Of a DNA stretch of 60,409 nt, positions 51,321 to 59,896 are shown one piece after another. The notes below the pieces were generated by a model. That model was given only the letters and a program-made list of their open reading frames with translations, was not told where the DNA came from and made no database searches. Source of the DNA: a virus; the IMG/VR virus record IMGVR_UViG_3300044514_000014, positions 1 to 60,409 of that record. One strand, given 5' to 3'. How positions within the stretch are numbered: the stretch's first letter is position 1; each line of letters opens with the position of its first letter. The position numbers and the translations under genes were made by a program.

Positions 51321-52385
51321 ATGCCCTCCACCCTGCGAATCTTCGACCACAACTCCCGCCATTTATCTTTTCTTGAAGCGCCGACAACGCCGCGCAGCTG
51401 GCTCTTGAACAGCTTCGGCAAGGCTGAGTTCTCGGTCGGCTTGCAATATCTCAAGGACAAGCTCACGCCGAAAGAAGAAACGATCATGCAGTACGGCAAC
51501 CTTGTCTTTATCGAGCACATCCCCTCAAAGGACGCCGCAGGAACGGCCAACGGCAAGCTACCGGATTGGGTCGGGATCATCCTTCCGGATCGGACATGGC
51601 CGGATAAGATCCTGAACGCGACCGCATATTCGGCGGAGGCGATATTGACCTTTCGGCCCATGCCACTGACGAAGAGCAACGGTACACCCGCATCCATGTT
51701 CAAGGAAATGCTTGGCTACGCCCGCGCAGTTACCGATGATATTGTCATACAACCAGGGATCATTGAGGACATCCCCGAAACGTTCTCGGACAATCTCGCC
51801 ACGTCTGCCTATGATCACATCAAGAAGCTGTGCGCGAATTCGGGAATGGATTGGGACGTGACCGGGCAAATCGACAGTCGCGGCAACTTGCAGCTATACG
51901 CCAACCTGTACCAGCGCAAGGGCGCAGTCACACGCCTTGAATTGACGAGAGATAACGTAGAGGGAAGCGGGCCTATCCTGACAGAGCAGGGGACGCCGTA
52001 TAACGTCATTTACGGGTATTCCAGCGCAGACACGAAGGAAAGCCGGTATTTTGCGAAGGGGATCAATCAGGCATCGGTGGATAAGTACGGGGTACTGGCG
52101 GCGAATATCGTTTTCTCTGGCGTTACTGACCAGACATCCCTTGCTAATGCCGCGCAGACGACCGCCGACAACTCGCCGCCGCTCCTGAAACTTCGGCGCG
52201 TGGCACTGGATGTAGGTAATACATTCGATAGCCTCGCAGCGGGGAACGTCGTCACCGTGAGAGATAACACGGTCGGTTTCAAGCCCGGCGGGGGTTTCGG
52301 GTTTAGCGCAGCCGCGCGGATATTGTCACTGGATTACAACGACCTGACGATAGGTAGTGCGCCGCTCAATTTGGAGATCATCTAA
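51321..52385 (+). CDS. Tail-associated (Tal/baseplate hub-like) protein
   Basis: Positioned after Dit. The N-terminus looks like a Tal N-terminal domain. Confidence 0.5.
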   Translation: MPSTLRIFDHNSRHLSFLEAPTTPRSWLLNSFGKAEFSVGLQYLKDKLTPKEETIMQYGNLVFIEHIPSKDAAGTANGKLPDWVGIILPDRTWPDKILNATAYSAEAILTFRPMPLTKSNGTPASMFKEMLGYARAVTDDIVIQPGIIEDIPETFSDNLATSAYDHIKKLCANSGMDWDVTGQIDSRGNLQLYANLYQRKGAVTRLELTRDNVEGSGPILTEQGTPYNVIYGYSSADTKESRYFAKGINQASVDKYGVLAANIVFSGVTDQTSLANAAQTTADNSPPLLKLRRVALDVGNTFDSLAAGNVVTVRDNTVGFKPGGGFGFSAAARILSLDYNDLTIGSAPLNLEII

Positions 52386-53206
52386 TGCCAGGATCAACAG
52401 GCGGACGCACCCCCGACGCACCCGACCGCGGCGTATGCGCCATTTCCCCCTCCGATTTGGTTGGCTACACCGGAAACGCCTTGAACCGCATCAAGGAGCT
52501 CGAGCAGCGGGTAGCAGAGCTTGAGGCGGGGAATGTCACCGCCAATCAATTATCGGATCTGGCGCAGCAGATCGGATGGGCGTCTGTAACCTATCTCGGT
52601 CAACCTGGCTGGACGCAAACGGAATACGGGACGCTGATACCGCCCGCCGGATGGTCGTTCTTGGGGGCCGGGATGACACTCTCGGACGGGAATGTCTATC
52701 AAGGCGTGTTTTATGATGAGGATGGGGTATTACAATTCGGCTTCAACAAGACCACCGGGACGGTAACGGGGGCTAATGTATCTGGATATAATTATTTGAT
52801 TTGTCAAGCTAATACTACTGTCTTAAGCTCTGGCAATCCAAATCTTAGTGTACTTTATAGTTCTGGATCAGGAATATTCACGCAAGAAGATATAGGCTCA
52901 GGAACAATTCACATTCTGCAAAAAGGTTTATATCGTGCCGACGCACATTCACAAGTGAATCTTCCTACAAGTTCAGGTGGTTTTGCGCTTATGAGAGTCC
53001 GTATATACAAAGAGTCTGATGATAGTTTGATTTTAGCGCATGAGGATTATGTAGGTTGGGTAACTGGCGCTAACGGAAACCAGAGTATGCAGTCACATTT
53101 TTCTTTTTATGTTTCTGTACCTGCATACATAGAATATAACTTCTTTGGCGTTACAAATTTGGCAAATGTGGACAAAAGTATTTTTTCAATTGAAAAGGTA
53201 GGTTGA
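52385..53206 (+). CDS. Tail fibre protein with coiled coil and an AT-rich C-terminal domain
   Basis: LNRIKELEQRVAELEAG. Composition shifts to AT-rich from about 52780. Confidence 0.5.
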   Translation: MPGSTGGRTPDAPDRGVCAISPSDLVGYTGNALNRIKELEQRVAELEAGNVTANQLSDLAQQIGWASVTYLGQPGWTQTEYGTLIPPAGWSFLGAGMTLSDGNVYQGVFYDEDGVLQFGFNKTTGTVTGANVSGYNYLICQANTTVLSSGNPNLSVLYSSGSGIFTQEDIGSGTIHILQKGLYRADAHSQVNLPTSSGGFALMRVRIYKESDDSLILAHEDYVGWVTGANGNQSMQSHFSFYVSVPAYIEYNFFGVTNLANVDKSIFSIEKVG

Positions 53207-53251
53207 ATCGATTAATCCACCCGTTTAGAAAACACGCGGAGAACATAAACT

Positions 53252-53974
53252 ATGCCATATCATAATCTAGCAAGGGAATACTCCACCACAACCGGCACGT
53301 CGGACGCGGTTCTTTCGGGTGCTGTCCCAGGCTGCAATACCTGGGATCTGGCCGGGGTTGCAACGGGGGAAATTGTACGCTATGGGATTATCACGTATTC
53401 AACGACCTCCAACCGCCCCACTCATTCAGAGGTGGGGGTTGGAACATATACCACCAGTACGAAAACACTAGCGCGAACAACGGTCGAGAGCAGCACGAAC
53501 GCCGGATCAAAAATCACGCTGACGGGCCTGTCTGAAGTTTATATCTGCCCGACGCGTAAGGACTCGCCGGTCTTTGCGGCATATTACGGATCGACATTTG
53601 TGGTTAATGACACAGTGGATAATGCGTTATTGGATATAGATACCGAGTGGACGGATGAACACGGCCTTGCAACACTGGCGAGTGATGTAATCACGATAAA
53701 TTATCCTTGCTGGGCGAGTATCTCGATGCACGTCACATTTGATGCGGCGGCGGCGTTCAACGGTTACGTCCATGTTGAGTGTAACCAATACGGACAAGGA
53801 ACCCGCAAAGGGTTTACTACTGCGATGGGTATCCTGGCAGATACCATTTTTCTTGGGCCGTTTTTATTCAACGTTACGACAACACAGGCGATCAGTTTTC
53901 AATTTGATAACCATCTGGGTGCCAATGCAAACACAATTATCAACGATGTGCAAATAGAGGCATATCTAAAATGA
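53252..53974 (+). CDS. Tail/baseplate protein, hypothetical
   Basis: ORF in the distal tail module. Confidence 0.45.
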   Translation: MPYHNLAREYSTTTGTSDAVLSGAVPGCNTWDLAGVATGEIVRYGIITYSTTSNRPTHSEVGVGTYTTSTKTLARTTVESSTNAGSKITLTGLSEVYICPTRKDSPVFAAYYGSTFVVNDTVDNALLDIDTEWTDEHGLATLASDVITINYPCWASISMHVTFDAAAAFNGYVHVECNQYGQGTRKGFTTAMGILADTIFLGPFLFNVTTTQAISFQFDNHLGANANTIINDVQIEAYLK

Positions 53975-54183
53975 TAGGCTTCGACGGTATTGGATTTCAC
54001 GCCATAGGTGAGATGATAACCAACCTCTCCGCACCGCTTGTCTATGAGCCCGTCAGCCGGATCGTGGCCGGGGGTTGGGGCAATGGGCGTCCGGTAGAAG
54101 TGGTGGTTCTGGGTGCGGAATTGCTTTGGGATAATGACGATTTTATTGTCTATGACAGCGGCGATCATATCAACTGGTCATAG
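53971..54183 (+). CDS. Hypothetical protein
   Basis: ATGA-coupled ORF. Confidence 0.4.
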   Translation: MIGFDGIGFHAIGEMITNLSAPLVYEPVSRIVAGGWGNGRPVEVVVLGAELLWDNDDFIVYDSGDHINWS

Positions 54184-54192
54184 GAGATTATT

Positions 54193-54735
54193 ATGGCGAA
54201 CAGATATATAAGCACCAACACAACCACTGGCGCACCCTCAGGCGAAAAAACAACGCTGGTAGGGACAGAGGTATTCCCGATTGCGGGGAACCAAGTTGCG
54301 CTCGTGTCCTCCGTCTCTACCTACACACGTACCGTCGCGGGCTGCTATGCGGTTCCCGCAGGCTTTGCCTCCGTCAATCCAGCCGATGCAACGACATATT
54401 ACTTCGGCGCGTTCCCCCATGTGGCGCTTGGGACCACCGCAGCCATTCAGAAACTTTATATTATGCGCGCCGGTACGGTAGTCGCCGCAGATATCTTTAT
54501 GGTATGCACAACCGGGACAAGTGAAGCGAGTACAATATCATTCCGGCTGAATAATACGACCGATACAACGATTTCGGCGGCCGTGGCCCTGAATGCGTCA
54601 CCGTTCCATGTGCAAAACACGGCGCTCTCAATCGCGGTTGTAGCCGGGGATTATTTCGAGATCAAATGGGTAACGCCGACCTGGGCGACTAACCCGACGA
54701 ACGTGTTGGGCTGGGTGCAGGTGTTTGTGAGGTAG
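54193..54735 (+). CDS. Tail fibre/receptor-binding candidate, hypothetical
   Basis: Last ORF of the rightward virion arm. Confidence 0.45.
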   Translation: MANRYISTNTTTGAPSGEKTTLVGTEVFPIAGNQVALVSSVSTYTRTVAGCYAVPAGFASVNPADATTYYFGAFPHVALGTTAAIQKLYIMRAGTVVAADIFMVCTTGTSEASTISFRLNNTTDTTISAAVALNASPFHVQNTALSIAVVAGDYFEIKWVTPTWATNPTNVLGWVQVFVR

Positions 54736-54753
54736 CACTACCCCACTGAAAGC

Positions 54754-54792
54754 AATTAGCCCCGACTTGGCTCGAAACCTTCAGGGCTAATT
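54754..54792 (+). other. Hairpin AATTAGCCC-N21-GGGCTAATT whose loop carries the TTGGCTCGAA motif shared with R1/R2
   Basis: Located 19 nt after the last virion gene, at the point where transcription converges. Confidence 0.55.
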
Positions 54793-54930
54793 ACGGGTAG
54801 ACGCCCGCTTTGTCGTACGGGGTGCGGGGTTTTGACGCTGCGCGCGCAACTGTCGGGCGAAGGTGCTTCATATCGTGGCAGGCGGCGGCAATCTACGAAA
54901 GAATCCTTTCGCCGCTTCCAATTGTACCAT

Positions 54931-54950
54931 CAAAATTCAGTCGCTGAATT
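54931..54950 (-). terminator. Weak intrinsic terminator for the leftward operon
   Basis: Minus strand: AATTCAG-CGA-CTGAATTTTG, downstream of the stop at 55004. Confidence 0.3.
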
Positions 54951-55003
54951 ATAGGTTTTCACCTATCCGCACCCCTGCCAGGGCGTCTGGAGAACGGCTT
55001 TCG

Positions 55004-55288
55004 TCAGCGGCGTTTTAGCCGAAGAAGAGCGCCTTTATTTTTCTTCGTATCAACGACTTGATATAATTGGCCCTCGTTGCTTTCAATTGGCAAAATCTCT
55101 AAAACTTCTTCTTCGATTATAATTACATTTGCGCCGCCGGGATCTGCGGGCGCTTGTTGGGCGGCTTCTGATTTGTAGCGGTCAAGAATCGGGGTGATGC
55201 CAGTCATGATAAAAGACGGCTTTATGAAACTACCACAAGCCTCTAGCCGTTCCTTTATTGCTTCGTATATTTCTTCCTCTAAATTCAT
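55004..55288 (-). CDS. Hypothetical protein
   Basis: ATG 55288 follows AGGAGAGAG. Motif copy (a) lies 25 nt upstream. Confidence 0.55.
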   Translation of the reverse strand: MNLEEEIYEAIKERLEACGSFIKPSFIMTGITPILDRYKSEAAQQAPADPGGANVIIIEEEVLEILPIESNEGQLYQVVDTKKNKGALLRLKRR

Positions 55289-55598
55289 AACTCTCTCCTG
55301 GGCGAGTCCGCCCAACGGTTTGCGTTACCCGCTTGCCCTATCTTCGCGGTTTACGATTCTACTGATATGCACATGAGAAACTCCAAATCTTTTTGCATAT
55401 GCATTTTGTTCCTAAAATAGAAAACTCCGCAAGTCCAAGCCGTTGATTGTTCAGGTCTACGGGGACAAGCGGAGTAATTCTTATTATAAAGCATGAAACG
55501 ACCTTTGACCGTATGACCTGAACATATTCATTTTACCACATCTTCGTCATCATTACTTGGATTCGCCACAGCCTGCCCCTTGTCCGGTTCATGCTTTG

Positions 55599-55790
55599 TT
55601 AGCCTGCTACTAAAGCAGGAAACAAAGCAACGACGCATGAAACTATTCCAAACAAGGCAATTCTATTGTTGAAGCGTACAACTTTAGGACTGACTTTGCC
55701 TTCCTTCATGAGTTCAAATAAGTACCCTGTCCTTATTCTGCTACCGACAGTAATTGCCATTCCTAAAATAACCATTCCTGCGTTTTCCAT
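55599..55790 (-). CDS. Small two-TM membrane protein
   Basis: ORF with hydrophobic helices at both ends. Confidence 0.45.
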   Translation of the reverse strand: MENAGMVILGMAITVGSRIRTGYLFELMKEGKVSPKVVRFNNRIALFGIVSCVVALFPALVAG

Positions 55791-55818
55791 TTCAAAACAT
55801 TCTTCTGCCCTGAGCTGG

Positions 55819-55962
55819 CTACGATTTGTTAGAAAGCCTTACCTTGAGACCGCAACCTTTGCAGGTTTTGAGAGTGCCTTTGATACGCCACTCTCGAACC
55901 TGCTTGCAGTTCGGGCAGAAATTCGCCGGGGCTTTCTTTACAGAGTGTTGACCAAGATACAT
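55819..55962 (-). CDS. 47-aa Zn-ribbon protein
   Basis: Below the track cutoff. CPNC...CKGCG. Flanked by the 11-nt inverted repeats GTTAGAAAGCC/GGCTTTCTAAC. Confidence 0.4.
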   Translation of the reverse strand: MYLGQHSVKKAPANFCPNCKQVREWRIKGTLKTCKGCGLKVRLSNKS

Positions 55963-55988
55963 GATTTTAGGCTTTCTAACGGTTTGCG

Positions 55989-56213
55989 TTACTTGCGGGG
56001 CGATTCGCCCTGAGCTAATATGATAAATCGCATGACAATTTGCTCAACTTCTTCTTTTTGACGGGGCGTAAGCTCCGTCAAGTGCACGCCTTGTTCGGCG
56101 GCGTTTTTGAGTTCAATTACCTTTGCTGGCAATTCCTCAATATCTGATACACCCAATTCAAGCATGATTACTTCGATGATTGCCAAGTTTCTCTCTTCAA
56201 TAGTTTTGAACAT
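55989..56213 (-). CDS. Hypothetical protein
   Basis: ATG 56213 follows AGAAAGG. Its stop TAA lies inside motif copy (b). Confidence 0.5.
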   Translation of the reverse strand: MFKTIEERNLAIIEVIMLELGVSDIEELPAKVIELKNAAEQGVHLTELTPRQKEEVEQIVMRFIILAQGESPRK

Positions 56214-56490
56214 TTTTACCTTTCTCTCGGCTGGCAAGATGCCGCCGAACGGCTTGCGTTAGCGGCGCGGCTTTATCGCGTCCGCTGCACGCCTTGTTAT
56301 CTTGCTTCACGACAAGGAACATTTCATTGTGGTCAATCTTCCACTTTAGGAGCGATACCACTTCGCGCTTTGTGCCACGCGAGCGACCCTGGATAGACTG
56401 CTGACCGTTTGTAACTTCGTAATCAAACCAGCCGCGCCAGCCATGAGCAGGACAGGGATTGATCGTAATTGTGCAACCGTTGTAATTCAT
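56197..56490 (-). CDS. Hypothetical protein
   Basis: RBS AAGGAG. Motif copy (d) lies 30 nt upstream. Confidence 0.5.
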   Translation of the reverse strand: MNYNGCTITINPCPAHGWRGWFDYEVTNGQQSIQGRSRGTKREVVSLLKWKIDHNEMFLVVKQDNKACSGRDKAAPLTQAVRRHLASREKGKNVQNY

Positions 56491-56531
56491 GTTTTTTACT
56501 CCTTATGCAATGAGCAAGCTAACGGCAAGCG

Positions 56532-56780
56532 TTACTGGCATTTGCCCGTTCCCCTGCAAGCGTAGCACACATCTTTCGACGACAAATCTGCTTGCCAAAT
56601 ACGGCCTTCGCCATCACAGCGAGGGCAAGCGTCCGTCTGCACGCTTTGTTGGGCGGCTTCACGGCACAAGGCGATTACCTCTTTTGGCAACACCGCCCCA
56701 ACCATTTCGTTTGGGCGACAATTGCCAGATGTGTAATCCACTTGATCCAAGATAGTTAGCAAAGCAGTTCTACAATCCAT
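56532..56780 (-). CDS. DnaJ-type zinc-finger protein (CxxCxGxG x2)
   Basis: CPRCDGEG and CYACRGTG. ATG 56780 follows GGAAGGA. Its stop TAA lies inside motif copy (d). Confidence 0.55.
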   Translation of the reverse strand: MDCRTALLTILDQVDYTSGNCRPNEMVGAVLPKEVIALCREAAQQSVQTDACPRCDGEGRIWQADLSSKDVCYACRGTGKCQ

Positions 56781-56862
56781 TTCAATTCCTTCCCGGGCGT
56801 GCCGCCCAACGGTTTGCGTGAGCGGCGGCGGAGTAAACCAATACCACCGCCACTCACATTGA

Positions 56863-57231
56863 TTATTTTGTGCCGGACTCTTCGCCGTCCGCTCGACGCT
56901 GTGTTGGCTGTGTTTTTGCAGGACGACCACCTAGAGCGCCGTTATCACGACTCGCCTGCGAGCGTCTCTCGCTCGGAATGGCTCGCAGTTTTGCGCCAGC
57001 GGCTGATTGATTTGCTCTGTCCATTTCAGCGGAGCATTCATCGACTGAGAGATTTTCGCCGTACTCGGATTTCAGGCGTCGGGCGATGGTTTTCCATTCA
57101 TCCGTCCCGTGATTGGCTGGTTCACATACACCATAGCGAGCGGCATACACCATAGCGGCGGCGAGCGTAAATCCGACACCAGCATTAGGGTTTTGTTTCA
57201 ACATGCGGCGGTAGTGTTGTTCGTTACGCAC
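56863..57231 (-). CDS. Hypothetical protein
   Basis: ORF overlapping the upstream stop. Confidence 0.5.
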   Translation of the reverse strand: MRNEQHYRRMLKQNPNAGVGFTLAAAMVYAARYGVCEPANHGTDEWKTIARRLKSEYGENLSVDECSAEMDRANQSAAGAKLRAIPSERRSQASRDNGALGGRPAKTQPTQRRADGEESGTK

Positions 57232-57487
57232 GGCTCACCTTGATTTCGTATCGGCGTTTCCCCCAATATGCGGCATCACCAGTGGGGGCTACAATCATTT
57301 CATCTCGCTCGAACTGCGTATCGGGCGATTGCAAAATTTCGGAGTAGTGCGCATTCTGCAACTCTGGAACACGAGCAGATAAAAAATCTCGGAATTCATC
57401 TGCTGTGGTGAATATGTGTTTCTCGTCAACTCCACCACCTATACCAGTGGTGCCAATTCTCAGAGTGATTGCCAAATTCGTTTTCAT
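57224..57487 (-). CDS. Hypothetical protein
   Basis: ATG 57487 lies 1 nt after the upstream TAG, inside the longer track ORF. Confidence 0.5.
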   Translation of the reverse strand: MKTNLAITLRIGTTGIGGGVDEKHIFTTADEFRDFLSARVPELQNAHYSEILQSPDTQFERDEMIVAPTGDAAYWGKRRYEIKVSRA

Positions 57488-57488
57488 C

Positions 57489-57833
57489 CTAGTACCCTCT
57501 ATGACTTTCAGTCCAGCGGGCGCGGTGTGCCTGATTGCGGCGGCTGAGGTAGGCATTGACGTTATCAATCGCCTTCTCTGTGCTGGAAAAATCAATTTTC
57601 CCGATCTGGTTCTCAAAACCGTACGCGCCGGTCGCTTGCGCCAGATTGCTGAGAATGACGGTCTCGCGGGCGTAGCGTGTGACCTGCTCATCGGTTGGGT
57701 TACGATTGCCGATGTATGCGAGACTCTGACGAGCCTTTTCCAGATTGAGGGCCTGACCATCGGCGGCGATAGCGTTCTGAACCAGTTCCGCTACGTTGTA
57801 TTCTGTACCTCTGATTTGTCGTTTTGCGTTCAT
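57489..57833 (-). CDS. Hypothetical protein
   Basis: RBS AGGAGA. First gene after the internal promoter. Confidence 0.55.
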   Translation of the reverse strand: MNAKRQIRGTEYNVAELVQNAIAADGQALNLEKARQSLAYIGNRNPTDEQVTRYARETVILSNLAQATGAYGFENQIGKIDFSSTEKAIDNVNAYLSRRNQAHRARWTESHRGY

Positions 57834-57862
57834 TTTTATCTCCTGTATTGATTGATAGCAGG

Positions 57863-57892
57863 ATTATAAACCCAACGTCAGGTTATTGTCAA
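57863..57892 (-). promoter_or_regulatory. Promoter TTGACA-18-TATAAT (leftward)
   Basis: Minus strand: TTGACAataacctgacgttgggttTATAAT, about 30 nt upstream of ATG 57833. Confidence 0.65.
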
Positions 57893-57955
57893 GGGTTGGA
57901 GAGAAACTCGTTTTGCTCGGTTCATGGGTCGCGGAGCGTCCGCCAAACTTTTGCG

Positions 57956-58261
57956 TTAGCGGCTTGGCGTTACACCGAATGCACACTGCGGGCAACAAAA
58001 CTGCATCTTGATTTGACACTGCGGGCATTTAGGATCAGGGAACTCTTTAGGACACATAAGGTCATGCTCACTTTCGGGCAACCCACAAAGTGGGCACGTT
58101 CCAGCCAAGTCCGCTGCACGCATTGTTGGAAGGCTTTCGGGAACTAAAAGATACCCGCCATGCCGCCGACAATATTTTTTATGATTTATGATTGCAACGG
58201 CTGGCGACGTACAATCACCTTCTTCGCAAATCTCATCGTCAATTTGGTACAAAGTTTGCAT
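57956..58261 (-). CDS. Cys-rich (multi Zn-ribbon) protein
   Basis: ATG 58261 follows GGAAGG. CPLCG, CPQCQ and CCPQC. Its stop lies inside motif copy (f). Confidence 0.5.
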   Translation of the reverse strand: MQTLYQIDDEICEEGDCTSPAVAIINHKKYCRRHGGYLLVPESLPTMRAADLAGTCPLCGLPESEHDLMCPKEFPDPKCPQCQIKMQFCCPQCAFGVTPSR

Positions 58262-58353
58262 AGAGCCTTCCAACGGTGAGCATTACCCGCAATGGGTACT
58301 ACCCACATTGATTGAAATTCGCACAGCCTACCCCCTGTCGGGTGGACGCTGTG

Positions 58354-58566
58354 TTAGGCTTCGTCAAGGTCAAAAAATCCTTCAAATGGCATTTCAACTC
58401 TGCCGCACTTGGAGCAGGTTGCATTGTAGCCAGGAAACAGACCTAGAGAATCGTTGACCATTACGCTATCATCCGCCTTGACGAAGCGGCCACACTTAGG
58501 GCAGACCGGCACAAACACCGCGCCACCTTCATAAGAGACTCTTCTAAAATTTTCGTATTCGTTCAT
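58354..58566 (-). CDS. Zn-ribbon protein
   Basis: CPKCG...CSKCG. Confidence 0.5.
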   Translation of the reverse strand: MNEYENFRRVSYEGGAVFVPVCPKCGRFVKADDSVMVNDSLGLFPGYNATCSKCGRVEMPFEGFFDLDEA

Positions 58567-58658
58567 TGTGCCTCGAAGAAACCGAACTAGTGTATGACCA
58601 GAATGGTCTGCTCATATGCAAGGCAGGTAATCTGTGAGATTAGGCCGGTACGTCATTG

Positions 58659-58820
58659 TCACGACCCCGAGAAGTCTATCTCGTCGCCGTCCGCGGGCGA
58701 CTGGGGAACGGGCGGCAGTTGCTTTACCAGCCAATCCTTCAACTCGGCCCAGGCGTCCCAGCCGTCGAAGTCCGGTTCATCTTCGATTTCTTCCATCTTG
58801 GCTATGATTTGCGCGATCAT
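58659..58820 (-). CDS. 53-aa acidic protein
   Basis: Below the track cutoff. The minus-strand ORF fits the operon direction better than the two plus-strand track ORFs here. Confidence 0.4.
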   Translation of the reverse strand: MIAQIIAKMEEIEDEPDFDGWDAWAELKDWLVKQLPPVPQSPADGDEIDFSGS

Positions 58821-58950
58821 TGTTCATCCTTTCAAAATCGTGTATAATAGCGACAGCGGCTAAAAGCCGCACCAATGGAGGACGGGCGCTCGGCCTGTGG
58901 CGATCTTGGCGGATTTCCTGACGAGTTGCTCGTTCTTGGTTTAAGTGGGG

Positions 58951-59145
58951 TCATTCGTCCGCCTGGTTGATGATCTTGTTTACGCGGGATATATCGATCT
59001 TGAAATAATCAGCAATCTCCTGCTGCTTCCAGCCCTCTTCCTGATACAGGCGACGGATCTCCAAGCGCCGTTGTCTAGCGGCGTCCTCGTAATCCGTTTT
59101 GATTGCGTCAAATACCTTGGGGGATATTCTTGGTTTGGTCATCAT
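58951..59145 (-). CDS. HTH DNA-binding protein (first gene of the leftward operon)
   Basis: The C-terminus GWKQQEIADYFKIDISRVNKIINQ is an HTH. It is adjacent to the divergent promoter region. Confidence 0.6.
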   Translation of the reverse strand: MMTKPRISPKVFDAIKTDYEDAARQRRLEIRRLYQEEGWKQQEIADYFKIDISRVNKIINQADE

Positions 59146-59151
59146 GTTTCT

Positions 59152-59180
59152 ATATTACTTGATGACTAACAACTTGTCAA
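59152..59180 (-). promoter_or_regulatory. Promoter TTGACA-17-TAATAT (leftward), predicted leaderless
   Basis: Minus strand: TTGACAagttgttagtcatcaagTAATATagaaacATG. Only 6 nt separate the -10 from the ATG. Confidence 0.65.
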
Positions 59181-59183
59181 GTA

Positions 59184-59218
59184 CCAATTCCTGTTATAAC
59201 GAAATTGCAAGGAATTGG
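59184..59218. promoter_or_regulatory. Inverted repeat CCAATTCCT-N17-AGGAATTGG between the divergent promoters (operator candidate)
   Basis: Perfect 9-bp arms at 59184-59192 and 59210-59218. Confidence 0.6.
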
Positions 59219-59221
59219 GGC

Positions 59222-59249
59222 TTGACACGTAGCAAGTTATGATTATAAT
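59222..59249 (+). promoter_or_regulatory. Promoter TTGACA-16-TATAAT (rightward early)
   Basis: Both hexamers are perfect consensus. About 80 nt upstream of the first rightward ORF. Confidence 0.7.
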
Positions 59250-59327
59250 GTTGTTACATTCTAATAAGTTTTTCGTCTAGTAATAGACAAGCTGACCCGC
59301 CAAGCAGCTAAAGAAAGAGAGCCACAG

Positions 59328-59534
59328 GTGAATAACTCATCCCCCGCCCGCACCGGGCAACCCACCCCCCCAACCGAATCTGAATACGACCGCCTTGCCG
59401 ACCTTGTTCGCGCATCGCAGCGAGCGCAAGCCGTATACAACGCTACCCCCACGAAAGCGAACTTTGACGCGTGGGGCGATGCTATACACGCGCTGATTGA
59501 TTGCCAGGACGCCATCGCAAGGGGGCAGCAATGA
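59328..59534 (+). CDS. Hypothetical protein (GTG start)
   Basis: First ORF after the rightward promoter. RBS AAAGAAAGAGAG. Confidence 0.5.
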   Translation: MNNSSPARTGQPTPPTESEYDRLADLVRASQRAQAVYNATPTKANFDAWGDAIHALIDCQDAIARGQQ

Positions 59535-59896
59535 ACGGCCGCTACCACGCACAAAGCCACATGCGCTTCAATATGGACGCCATTCTGGATCTGGCTGAAT
59601 ACGAAGCGCGCCAGAAGGCCGCCCGCGTCCGCGAAGTCGCTGCACAGCTACAGAAGCTGATGACCACCGCAGCATACGATGCGTGGTGGAACCAGGCGCC
59701 TGATGACGGCTTTCTCGTCGCGGCTGAGAAGAAGTTGGCGGAGGAACTTGTGGCGTGGGAACAGCAGGAACGCTACGCCGAGATGATCGCCAAGCGGCGC
59801 GTTGAGTTCGTGGCAGAGATACGGGAGCGCAACTCCAGCCCCTGTGAATTCGGCTCTGCGGCATGGTTCGCTGGTGTGCCGGAAGAGGAAATCTAA
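59531..59896 (+). CDS. Hypothetical protein
   Basis: ATGA-coupled start at 59531. Confidence 0.5.
   Translation: MNGRYHAQSHMRFNMDAILDLAEYEARQKAARVREVAAQLQKLMTTAAYDAWWNQAPDDGFLVAAEKKLAEELVAWEQQERYAEMIAKRRVEFVAEIRERNSSPCEFGSAAWFAGVPEEEI

Larger units (their letters stand above)
55313..58285 (-). repeat. Seven dispersed copies of the intercistronic palindromic motif (minus strand TAACGCAAACCGTTG)
   Basis: Plus-strand copies at 55313-55327, 55977-55991, 56247-56261, 56520-56534, 56807-56821, 57944-57958 and 58271-58285. Confidence 0.8.

Noticed and set aside
55330-55598. A 270-nt gap in the leftward operon containing the palindrome TGCATATGCA (55394-55403), the 9-bp inverted repeats GTTCAGGTC/GACCTGAAC (55449/55515) and a TATAAT on the minus strand
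   Set aside because: No convincing -35 hexamer at proper spacing was found, and only very short ORFs are present. It may hold a promoter or operator or a small RNA, but I could not support a specific call from sequence alone.
58594-58863. Two plus-strand track ORFs (58594..58863 and 58656..58847)
   Set aside because: They run against the operon direction, lack an RBS and have Ser/Gly/Pro-rich translations. The minus-strand 53-aa ORF with an RBS fits better.
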